Source: Octopus sinensis (lineage: Eukaryota). Taken from it: a stretch of DNA of 64,000 nt. Of this stretch, positions 52,975-64,000 are shown in pieces. Below the pieces are notes generated by a model. The model was given only the letters and a program-made list of their open reading frames with translations. It had not been told where the DNA came from and searched no databases. How positions within the stretch are numbered: position 1 is the first letter of the stretch; every line of letters begins with the position of its first letter. Both the position numbers and the translations under genes were made by a program. The DNA lies in NCBI RefSeq assembly GCF_006345805.1, contig NC_043015.1, positions 53,444,001 through 53,508,000 on the forward strand. The letters are read 5' to 3'.

Positions 52975-53125
52975 CCTTTTTTATTCTTTCACTGGTTTCA
53001 GTCAATTGGCTCCGGCCATGCTGGAGAACCACCATTTAGCTGAACAAATCAACGCCAGGACTTATTCTTTGTAAGCCTAGTACTTAATCTCTCGGTCAAT
53101 TTTAGCGAACCGTAAGTTACCAAGA
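52975..53125 (-). mobile_element. SINE family B tail
   Basis: Reverse complement of ...ggtggttctccagcatggccggagcc...tgactgaaaccagt. Confidence 0.7.
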
Positions 53126-53256
53126 TCGGTTGTCAAACGATGGTGTGTGTGTGTGGGGGGGGGGGACAGTGACACAAACACACACAATATATATATGTAT
53201 ATATATATATATATGTGTGTGTGTATGTATATATATTATATATATATATATAATAT

Positions 53257-53291
<35 letters not shown>

Positions 53292-53296
53292 GCAAG

Positions 53297-53348
53297 ACCG
53301 GCTGATGAGAATTAAGCACTAGCCAGGATTGGAAATCGTGATCCAGGT
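53297..53348 (+). ncRNA. Decayed type I hammerhead motif
   Basis: ACCGG-CTGATGA-GAAT..ATTG-GAAA-TCGTGA-TC-CAGGT. The core is intact; stems I, II and III each carry one mismatch. Directly follows (TA)n. Confidence 0.45.
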
Positions 53349-54447
53349 ATATCTGTTACCTCATTCTACAGCTATCAATCTAGCTAGCTAGCTAGCTAAC
53401 TAGATAGATAAATAAATAAATAACTATATGTGTGCCTGTATGTACAGAGTATGTTTATGTGTATGCATCCGCGTTTGTATCTATGTGAGAGAAGAGAGAA
53501 AAGGAGGGAGAGGAGAAACTGTGCTAGATCGATACGTAGAGCGATAAAAAGATAGATAGATGTACATGTATATAGATTTAAGGAAATGACAAAGTTTCCT
53601 CTGAGCACAATATTATATGCGTGTGTGTGTGTGTGTAAGTGAATGCGTGTGTGTATGTGTGAGTGTATGTGTGTGTGTGTGTGTGTGTATGTTGATACAT
53701 ATGTGAAAGAATATCTATGTGTAAGTACTAAGGCATTCTATGCTTTAATATTTTTCCTTTTTTTTTCTTTTGTTTGAAACCCTTCGTGTAGACTACGTTT
53801 TGATCGCCACCCAGAATATGTGAAAATGTCTCTCTAGGCTATATTTCCATCATGGATTTACTGAAGCTATTCCAGGGCAAAACGTTGATCCAATCAACTT
53901 GTGATAAGCTTCCAGCTGAAACATTATAAAACATTATAGAACGCACAACTTGTTAGGTATCTGACAGTTCAGTAACTCCTCTATTTTGAATTTTCTTTCA
54001 CTTGTTTGTTTTTATTCTTAGAGATATGATAGATATACCGCAGCCTCAACAGTATTTAGCATTGTCATCGATATACCAGGGAAATAAACAAACAAACAAA
54101 AGAGTCGATAATTCTATCAATATTTTATCGGATACATATTGCCCACAGACCATGCATGAGAAATCTAGTTAGAAACAAGACACAAAATAAAACAGAGCCG
54201 CGTTGATGATATTCGTAAATGAAACATTGGAAGTTTACCTAAGACAGACAACCGTTTGATAGTGTGATGGATCTTCACATTAAAAACGCTAACATACGTA
54301 TGCGTGTGTGTGTGCTTGAGCATGTGTTTCTATGTGCATGTATGTATGTTAGCTGTTCCGTTATTGGATTATTGGGATCTGCAAGAAAAGTACTTCACCC
54401 GGTGAAAGATAGATATCATTTAATATAAAATTCTGTGTATATTAAAT

Positions 54448-54482
<35 letters not shown>

Positions 54483-55384
54483 ATTAGTTTGTAGGATAAG
54501 TTTGTTTTTTTCCCTACTCGGTAATCCATCGTTATATGCTTATGTCCTCAAATTTATTCAAATTTCAAGAAAGATAACGAACGAACTACAGAAGAAAAAA
54601 TGACATAAGCCTCTCCGATAAAAATAGTTTTCGTGTTAATTCAAATAACATCGAAAAGGATTTAAGTATGTGGGAGGAAAAAACAACGAATTAATCTGAC
54701 AATCCAGCACGCATGTATATAGAGATACGGATGTCTCTTTCTTCTTTTTATTCATGTATGTATATATAGATATTTATGTCTCCTTTTAGGGACGCATGTA
54801 TCTATAGATACGTATGCTGTATATGCCTGTTCTAGTATATACATTTTCATTGTCTTTTCTTTCTATGGAAAATACAATCTATGATGCTGTGCAGCGAGAT
54901 GTAGAGGAATTGATGGCAAGAACAGTTCAAGGGTTGGATCACTGACGGTAAATTGTTGAGCAAAGGTGAGAATAATGAGACGCAAAATATGCAAAACTGT
55001 ATTTTGCTACAACAAATTTCAATGCAGCCCTTATAACCATAATGTAAAATTCATCTATGGTAAACTTCATGAAACAGTACGATACAAATACATGCATTGA
55101 GGATACAAGGAACAGGCTTTATAACTTAGTATCTTCTACACTTGATAGTATACCAAGCTCAGTCTTTATAGTACACCACATGAACCCCTCGCCCAACTGG
55201 AAAATTATTAGTTTCAAATTTGTGGTGCAAGGCCGCTACTTCTTGGGGAGGGGTTAAAGCGATTACATCGACCCCAGAACACAACTGTTATTCTTGTTAT
55301 AATTTAAGTTCCGAAAGTAGAGACGGACAAAATGCTTATCAGCATTTTGTCCGTCATGCCATCGATTCCGCCAGCTCGCTGCCT

Positions 55385-56220
55385 TTCCGGACTAGAAACG
55401 TTAGCACGCCAGGCGAAGTGCTTAGCGGTATTTCGTCTGCCGTTACGTTGTGAGTTCAAATTCCGCCGAGGTCGACTTTTCCTTTCATCATTTCGGAGTC
55501 GATAAATTAAGTACCAGTTACGCACTGGGGTCGATAAAATCGACTTAATCCGTATGTCTGTCCTTGTTTGTTTCCTCTGTGTTTAGCCCCTTGTGGGTAG
55601 TAAAGAAATAGGTATTTCGTCTGCCTTTACGTTCTAAGTTCAAATTCCGCCGAGGTTGACTTTGCCTTTCATCATTTTGGGGTCAATAGAATAATTACCA
55701 GTTGCATACTGGGATCTATATAATTGACTGGCCCCTTCCTCAAATATGTCGGGCTTTGTGCCTAGAGTAGAAAAGAATATTTGAAGGTGGTGATCTGGTA
55801 AAAAATTTAGCACGCCGTGCGAAATGCTTTGCTGTTACGTTCTGAGTTCAAATTCCGCCAAGGTCGACTGTGCCTTTCATCCTTTCGGGGCCGATAAATT
55901 AAGTACCAGTCACGCACTGGGGTCGATATAATCGATTTAATCCGCTTGTCTGTCCTTGTTTGTTCCCTCTGTGTGTAGCCCCCTGTGGGCAGTAAAGAAA
56001 TAAGAAAATTGATGATTTCAAAATTTCGGCATGAGTTCAGCAATTTCGAGAGAAGAAGAATATCGATTTCATCAACTCCCGTGCTCAGCTGGTTCTTATT
56101 TCCTCGACCCAGAAAGGACAAAAGTCAGAATTAACCACTGAGGAATTTGAACTCAGAATGTAAGACAGACGGAAGGAAATTCTGCAAGGGATATTGCCTG
56201 ATGTGCTAACGAATCTGCAA
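55385..56220. mobile_element. SINE family A cluster (three + copies, one - copy)
   Basis: Young-looking near-consensus units at about 55385-55610, 55610-55785 and 55790-56000; inverted degenerate copy at about 56030-56220. Confidence 0.85.
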
Positions 56221-56805
56221 GCATCCTATCTTCCCAGAGAAGAAAACTATTAATATTTGATTGATTGAGCTGTTAGATTGTCTGCAAAAATATTCAAAAT
56301 TTGTCTGGAAGGTCATGACATGGAAATATAACTTCAGTTCCGACAGATTGCTTGCTCAGGAGCTGAATACAACAGACAATTTATGACTGAAGATTACGTC
56401 AAAGATGATTACAAGAATATTTAACGCCAATAATAAGCATTATATTCCACATGTACATGCTGGAATTATTGGAAATAGTTTTGGCAGTGTGATTAGTAGG
56501 ATTAATATATTACAAGATAATCATGACAGAAATATAAATTATCGGAATATCTCGTTAATGAATAAAAAAAAAAAATTACGTTTGGAAACAACAAGAACAA
56601 CGATTAATCAGGAATAACAACTGGAAAAAATTACCGAAGTGCTTCTTTCAAAGAAAATAAATTTTGATAATCAGCAATTTTTTCGGAAGTTTCTTTTCCT
56701 TTGATCGTAGTCGTTTACATATACAGGTATATCACTCCTGTTCTCTTCTTCATCTGTCTTTGTCTGTCTGTCTGTCTCTCTTTATATAAATGTGTGTATA
56801 TGGGC

Positions 56806-56848
<43 letters not shown>

Positions 56849-56886
56849 TTATATATGCTTATATATATATGTACATACATCTATGC

Positions 56887-56925
<39 letters not shown>

Positions 56926-56929
56926 TATG

Positions 56930-57275
56930 TGGGCACAGGATGTCATGAAACATGTACAACAAAAAAGTACGAAACAAGAATACATGGAACATGAATTATT
57001 CTTTCGAACAACGAAAATCACAAATACGAAAAACAAAACAAACAACAAAAAGAACGACCCTTGATCAGTTGCTTACTGTTTCTCTAGTCTCGTATTGGTG
57101 TTAAATGCACGAAATACGAGACTAGAAAATAGCCAGCAACTGATGAAGGGCCGTCGTTTATATTGTTTGTTTTGTTTTCCATTTGTCTTTCGTTGTTCGA
57201 AAGAATAGTTCATGTTCCATGTACTTGTGCTTCGTACGTTTTTGTTGTAAACGTTTCGTGACGTCCTGTACTCAC
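56930..57275. mobile_element. Fold-back / MITE-like element between microsatellites
   Basis: Arms acaggatgtcatgaaac...catggaacatgaa.tattctttcgaacaacg versus cgttgttcgaaagaatagttcatgttccatg...gtttcgtgacgtcctgt, with a central ctagtctcgtatt/aatacgagactag stem. Confidence 0.8.
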
Positions 57276-57282
57276 ATATGTA

Positions 57283-57372
<90 letters not shown>

Positions 57373-57433
57373 ATTTAAATTATTATTTAAATAATGTAAT
57401 AATAATATTATATATATATATATATTATATATA

Positions 57434-57493
<60 letters not shown>

Positions 57494-58250
57494 ATATATA
57501 CATATTATAACACACACACACACACACATATATATATAACATATTATTTAAATTATTACATGATTGAAAGCCACGCATCTTCTTCCAAGTAAGTTTTATC
57601 TATGTAGATATACAGATATGTGTGTGTATATGCGTGTGTTTGTATATGTGCATATATATGTATGAGTAATACTTCTATATTCTGGTATACACCTTGTAGT
57701 ATGCTTTTTAAAACCCGTTCCCAATATTCGGCTACCTGATGTCAACAACAGAAGTAGGGTGTATGACACTGGATTTGCTTCAGGAATTCCTTTCTGTCAG
57801 TAGAATTTCTAAAAAAATTTGGAAGAGTGGAGTTCATGAGACTCTTTATTAAGAACCACTACTATCGATTCGACCTATTATGCACCAGTACCCTGCGGGC
57901 GAAATACTGCATAAACAGTTGCAATGCATTGTAAACGCAATTGCGTCCCCTCAGGTTACTTTTCAAAAAGTAGCTTGGCTTTTATTTGCCGTTTCGCTTA
58001 TTTCTATAGCAATATATTTTGGTAATTGTAAGCGCAGTCTGCGTCTTCATAAAGAACAAAGTATGGTGAAGAATTCTTCTCATACAAGCCAAGAAATGAA
58101 GTATACAAAGTTAAAAAGATAAGGAATGAAAATTAAAATACATAAACCAAATAAAATGTAATATACCAATGATAAAACACTTAAATAAAACCATAAAATA
58201 CATATGCGATTAGAATAGAAGAGGAAAGAAAAGAAAACAAAAGGACACTT

Positions 58251-58725
58251 ATATTGACTTTTACATTTTTTACATTATTTATATTATTTACATTTGACGG
58301 ATATTTGTCCTCATCTTGTTTCTTGTTAACACAAAATTTCGGCTGATATACCCTCCAGCCTTCATCAGGTGTCTTGGGGAAATTTCAAACCTGGGTTCTC
58401 ATTCCTAAGGTATCTTTCGAAGTTATTATTATGCCCGTGGGCATATGGCTTAGTGGTTAAGAGCGTGGACTACTAACCTCAAGTTTCCGAGTCAAATGCC
58501 AGACAGTGACCTGAATAATAATAACAACAACAGCAACATCGAAATGTACCGTAGGAATAAGAACCCAGGTTCGAAATTTTCCCAAGATACCTGATGAAGT
58601 CTGGGGTGTACATCAGCCGAAATGTTGTGTTAACAAACAAGATGAGGATATACAACCGTTAAATGTAAATAAGGTAAAAAATGTAAATAATGTACATAAT
58701 TCCTCATCTCTTAAATATAGAACTG
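58251..58725. mobile_element. Fold-back element with a tRNA-like centre and a decayed hammerhead motif in each arm
   Basis: Arms at about 58257-58414 and 58540-58690. Centre tggcttagtggttaagagcgtggactactaacctc...ccgagtcaaatgcc is A/B-box-like. Motifs at 58328-58373(-) and 58586-58631(+): GACAC-CTGATGA-A-GGCTGG..TCAGCC-GAAA-NNTT-GTGTT. Confidence 0.75.
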
Positions 58726-58829
58726 AATCGGTCATTTATATTGACTTTTACATTTTATCAAGACAAATAACCTAAGATATTCATTTATACATACAAACAT
58801 ATTGAGAAAGTCTGAAGGATATCTCACTG

Positions 58830-59280
58830 GTTCACAAGGAAACAGAAATACCATAATTACGCGCTGTTTATGATTTGAACATAAATGCAAAGAATATGCA
58901 CAAGATGAAAAAGAGCCTTGATCTGGTTACAAATATTCTCTGAAGATACTGGGCAGGAATTTGGTCCGGAGAATTGTTGCTGTATGGTTGTGAAAAAAGG
59001 GAAAATTGTAAACCAGAGTGGCAGCATCTCCATCAATGAGTGTTTTACCTGTATATGATGAGGAATGTTACAGGTGTCTAGGTGTGGAGAAACATATGGC
59101 ACCTGTAACAAAATACGTGTCACTAAAGAATATTACAGCCGAATAAGGAAAAGTTGGACTTCAGAACTTTCTGCATTCAATAAAACAGTGACCTACGATG
59201 TGTTCTCAGTACCAGTACTCATACCAACATTCAGGCTGCTTGATTGGACACTTGATGTGAAAAATATTAGACACGAAAAA
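58830..59280 (+). mobile_element. R4/Dong-like RT domain fragment (frameshifted)
   Basis: Pieces translate to EDTGQEFGPENCCCMVVKKGK, YRCLGVE and KEYYSRIRKSWTSELSAFNK...VPVLIPTF, resembling the DIGMxFGxxKC and YKYLG motifs. Confidence 0.8.
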
Positions 59281-60029
59281 AGGTGGCTTTAAGTGACGAA
59301 CATATGATACGTAGTCCCTAAAATTGATTTTCAATTAAAATATCTCAGCTATAGTAAAAGAAAACTATACAACAGTTGTGTTCAAATGAGAGGAATCCTG
59401 GTCGAAAAATTTCAGCTGCAAGACAGAGATGTCGAATAAAAGGTCAACACTTAACCAAAACAAAAAAAAAAATATTTTAAGACATTTAGCATTATAAAGG
59501 ACGGTGTCAAAGATAGCTTAGATTAATCGTACAATGGCGTTTTCTTAGAATTTCGAGAAGTACTGCGATCGATTCCCTATAGCTTCTCGCTGATCAGTTT
59601 TTTTCTAGTTTTCCTTGGATATTTCTTAAGAATATGAAGGTAAATATAATCAATTATAATAATAGAAAACAATGTGAACCAGAATGAAAATTGCAGGATC
59701 AGACTGCTAAAATATTCTTTAGTATTTGAATTTTAGAGAAGTGCAGTGGAAAATTACAAGACAAGAAGAAAAAAAAACTTAAAATATTACTGCTGAAGTT
59801 AGAATTTAAAAACTAAAACAATAACAAATGCTCTTATCTAATTTTTAACACAAAATTTTGAATTAAGATACTGAAGAAGCTATCTATTTTCAATTTTAGT
59901 GAAAGGATAATTGCCTGTAGGATTGCACATTAAAAATTAAGTATTACTAATTTTGTGCTTTATATATTTTTAAAAAATCACAGAATAGCAATTTAAGTAA
60001 AATTGATAATGAATTATATTCCTAAGTCA

Positions 60030-60555
60030 AGGCGGCTAGCTGAAAGAATCGTTAGCAGGCCGGGCTTACCGACATTTCGTCCGTCCTTACGGTCTGCGTT
60101 CAAATTCTACTGAGGTCGATTTTGCGTTTCATCCTTTCGGGGTCGATAAATTAAGCACTTGGGAAACACTAGGGTCGATGTAATCGACTAGAACTCTCCC
60201 CGAAAATGTCAGGCCTTCAGTAGAAAGAATTATTTTAAGAAGGTAGCGAGCTGGCACAAACGTTAGCGAAATGCTTAGAGGGTTCTGAGTTCAAATTTCG
60301 CCGTGGTTAACATTGCCTTTCATCCCCTCGGGGTCGATAAATTAAATACCAGTTGCTTACTGGGATCAATCTAATCGACTGACTCCCTCTCTAAAAATTA
60401 CAGGCCTTGTACCTAGAATAGAAAAGAATCGTTAGCATGCCGGGCGAAGTGCTTAGCAGTATTGCATCTGCCGTTACGTTCTGAGTTCAAATTCCGCCGA
60501 GGTCGACTTTGCCTTTCATTCTTTCGGGGTCGAAAAATTAAGTACCAGTTGAGCA
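60030..60555 (+). mobile_element. Three head-to-tail SINE family A copies
   Basis: Units begin near 60030, 60243 and 60425. Confidence 0.85.
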
Positions 60556-60724
60556 CTATTGTAGAAAATATTGTAATCCTAAGTAGTTTTAGAAATGATA
60601 GACACATTGCTTTTTTTTGCCCTTAATTTGTTCATTAGCTTTCATTTCTTAATTTATTTTTCTGAGAGTAAAAAGAAGTTAATTTTTTACCTGATAATGC
60701 AAACTTAACTTAAAATTATTTTAG

Positions 60725-60841
60725 CATTTGTGGGTTCAGTCCCACTGCATAGAAATTTGTACAAGTATATTTTACTATAGTCTCGAGCCGATCACAACCT
60801 TGTAAGGGGATTTGGTCGACAGAAACTGAAAGAAGCCCGTC

Positions 60842-60845
<4 letters not shown>
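60725..60845 (+). mobile_element. SINE family B head
   Basis: gggttcagtcccactgc...gaaactgaaagaagcccgtcg followed by (TA)n. Confidence 0.75.
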
Positions 60846-60891
<46 letters not shown>

Positions 60892-61722
60892 TGTACATAT
60901 ATATATTTGTTAATTAATATTCGAAACCTAGGTGTGGTAACTATTGTAAATGGTTTTATTTTTTTTCATTCTCTTCGAAATCTCTCTTAACCGCGGTTTG
61001 GACATTGACTGTTCCTTTTAGCATGTAAGGTGTCCTTGTTTAGCGTCACCTCTTTTGTGCATGAATGTACACTAACCTTATATATATATATATATACTTA
61101 CACACACATACAAGCATATACGTTGTTATATATGCGATATACATAGGAAATATGAGAGAAAGAGAATGGAATGCACAAGTTTTCATTGAAAATGACTACG
61201 ACTGGTGACATGTTATACAAACAGTTGTGATACGTTGTAGGTGCAGATGCGTATCCTACATATTGTTGTTAGCATCGGGTAACCAGATACTGTGAACGGG
61301 CATTGCACAGCATGCTACAAGGTGTATACTTAAGTATAAGATTGTTACACAAACACCACACACGCACACGTGCATGCAAATAGATATGTATGTATGTATG
61401 CATGTATGTATATATATATCTGTATGTGTAGGGCTGTTTATGTATGTGTTTGTGTGTGTGTTGGCGAATGTGTAAGTGTGTGTGAGTCAGTGTGTGTATA
61501 GAAACACACATATAACATTAATTTCATCTGCGTATCAGATTTTCCAAGATGATGCTTAGTGAATCCCAGTATAAATACCTCAATAATGCATGCCATCATT
61601 ACAGAACTTATGCATATTTTCATGAATAAATGCATGGCTGTTTAATTTAAATGTAAATTGAAAGGAGCATGTATTTCCTATCTATATAACGAATATATTT
61701 GTGCATATAGATGAGTCTATAT

Positions 61723-61758
<36 letters not shown>

Positions 61759-61919
61759 AGTATATATATGTATGCATACATATATATATCATATATATAG
61801 ATATATATATTAGTATATATATATATTATATATTATATATATATATATAATATAGAAATAGAATTACATATATATATATATGTATATATATATGTATATA
61901 TATATATAATATGATGTAT

Positions 61920-63516
61920 ATATTAGTAATATATATATATCTCTATTTATAGTGACACATAAGCACTCGCAGTTGTTCATATCGATGGATAGATAGAGGG
62001 ATAGATAAATAGGTAGATAGATAGATTGATAGATAGTTGGATAGAGAGACGTACATACATAAATACGAGATACAGAGAAAGTAAGATAGAGAGGTTGGTA
62101 GGTAGGTCGATAGATCAGAATTTGAGAATAGCTTTCATATATATATGTTTGTGTGTGTCTGTGTGTGTGCGTATATATGCTTGTGTGTGTGTGCGTGTAT
62201 GAGTGTGTGCGCGCGTAAGTTTATACTGACATATATAGTTACATATATACATCGTTTATACACCGACGCACACATACACACACACAACAACAAACACACA
62301 GAAACCACCACACACGAGTGTAGCTTGAAATTATATATGAAATAGTATATAGAATTTTAAATGTATATTAATTGAATAAGATAGGTATTTAACATGCTTT
62401 TAGGCATTGAATTTCAAGATATGACGCTTGCATATATGTGTGTGCGCGGAGCGTTTTTGTACATCATTATATGATTTGTTTATGAAATTCTATATATATA
62501 TGGTTTTGAACTGGATATGCAAATAGTAAATATATTCATCACCATATATGCATATATAGTGTGCATCTGTACCCATATTTACATTAATGTATATATATAT
62601 ATTTATGAATATACATATATATGCAATCATTTATGTATATATTTATGATATATATGTATACATTTATATATATATACGTATACATATATATATATATGTA
62701 TATATATATGTATATATATATATATATATGTATATATTAGTAATATATATATATCTTACTATTTATAGTGACACATAAGCACTCGCAGTTGTTCATATCG
62801 ATGGATAGATAGAGGGATAGATAAATAGGTAGATAGATAGATTGATAGATAGTTGGATAGAGAGACGTACATACATAAATACAGAGATACAGAGAAAGTA
62901 AGATAGAGAGGTTGGTAGGTAGGTCGATAGATCAGAATTTGAGAATAGCTTTCATATATATATGTGTGTGTGTGTCTGTGTGTGTGCGTATATATGCTTG
63001 TGTGTGTGTGCGTGTATGAGTGTGTGCGCGCGTAAGTTTATACTGACATATATAGTTACATATATACATCGTTATACACCGACGCACACATACACACACA
63101 CACAAACAAACACACAGAAACCACACACACACGAGTGTAGCTTGAAATTATATATGAAATAGTATATAGAATTTTAAATGTATATTAATTGAATAAGATA
63201 GGTATTTAAACATGCTTTTAGGCATTGAATTTCAAGATATGACGCTTGCATATATGTGTGTGCGCGGAGCGTTTTTGTACATCATATATATGATTTGTTT
63301 ATGAAATTCTATATATATATGGTTTTGAACTGGATATGCAAATAGTAAATATATTCATCACCATATATGCATATATATGTGTGCATCTGTACCCATATTT
63401 ACATTAATGTATATATATATATTTATGAATATACATATATATGCAATCATTTATGTATATATTTATGGATATATATGTATACATTTATATATATATACGT
63501 ATACATATATATATAT

Positions 63517-63530
<14 letters not shown>
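61920..63530 (+). repeat. Near-identical tandem duplication, period 816 bp
   Basis: agtgacacataagcactcgc at 61951 and 62767; units differ almost only by microsatellite or homopolymer indels. Confidence 0.92.
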
Positions 63531-63551
<21 letters not shown>

Positions 63552-63606
63552 CGTATACATATATATACGTATACATATTAGACACACACATATATATATA
63601 TATATG

Positions 63607-63639
<33 letters not shown>

Positions 63640-64000
63640 CACACTCATATTGTATAACTTATTGTACGCGTGTGGTTTTTATGTAAATAAACCGAGGCAT
63701 TATATATATTTGTTGATGAAATTGTTTAAGTGTTTTCGCTGTACGACAAACCGGGTTGAACAATAACTCCGGAAACAGATGATTCCCTATTCACGTTGCG
63801 GAAAGAATAGGGCATGTTGCTTCCATTAAAACATACTCCTCTCACGTAGACAAATTCTCTATGCATAAACAATGAAACAATGGTATCTTTTGGCGCCACT
63901 CTGCGTCTCGGAAACACCTCTGAGGCACTATAAAAATGTGTAAACTGCTGCATCCAGTAGATGAGCGCCAAAAACAGAGGCACATAAAGATATATAGAAA

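Noticed and set aside
58436-58505. tRNA gene
   Set aside because: Only A/B-box-like remnants; no acceptor stem or complete cloverleaf, and it lies within a repeat. SINE heads elsewhere were rejected for the same reason.
59330-60020. Non-autonomous DNA transposon
   Set aside because: The AT-rich texture is suggestive, but I could not identify paired termini or a TSD.

Overview
AT-rich, microsatellite-saturated animal DNA. The repeat families look like a coleoid cephalopod, probably Octopus (inference from recall, not a search). I find no confidently callable intact protein-coding gene, rRNA, tRNA gene or CRISPR array, and almost every ORF in the supplied track is a translated microsatellite. 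The window is a patchwork of two high-copy tRNA-derived SINE families, LINE remnants (L1/Tx1, CR1-like, R4/Dong-like), Tc1/mariner and Helitron-type remnants, fold-back elements, a 100-N gap and an 816-bp tandem duplication. The strongest unexplained signal is a set of type I hammerhead-ribozyme (HHR) folds from several unrelated sequence families, mostly in fold-back arrangements beside (TA)n tracts, as expected for Penelope-like retroelements or retrozymes. One family has a full consensus core with a 42-nt stem II insert (36.7-37.6 kb). One has an atypical core, CUGCAUUGAAAA (42.1-42.8 kb). One sits in a perfect 64-bp hairpin (40.6-40.8 kb), and one brackets a tRNA-like head (58.3-58.7 kb). 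Two of these are nested in the internal (TA)n of the same SINE family. Weaker leads are an orphan 147-codon frame with one stop, a perfect AGGTCA DR5, a possible 6-nt microexon, other minus-strand exon-like cassettes, a 37-bp hairpin and a degenerate ~110-130-bp array. All folds, translations and coordinates were worked out by eye; repeat boundaries are approximate.
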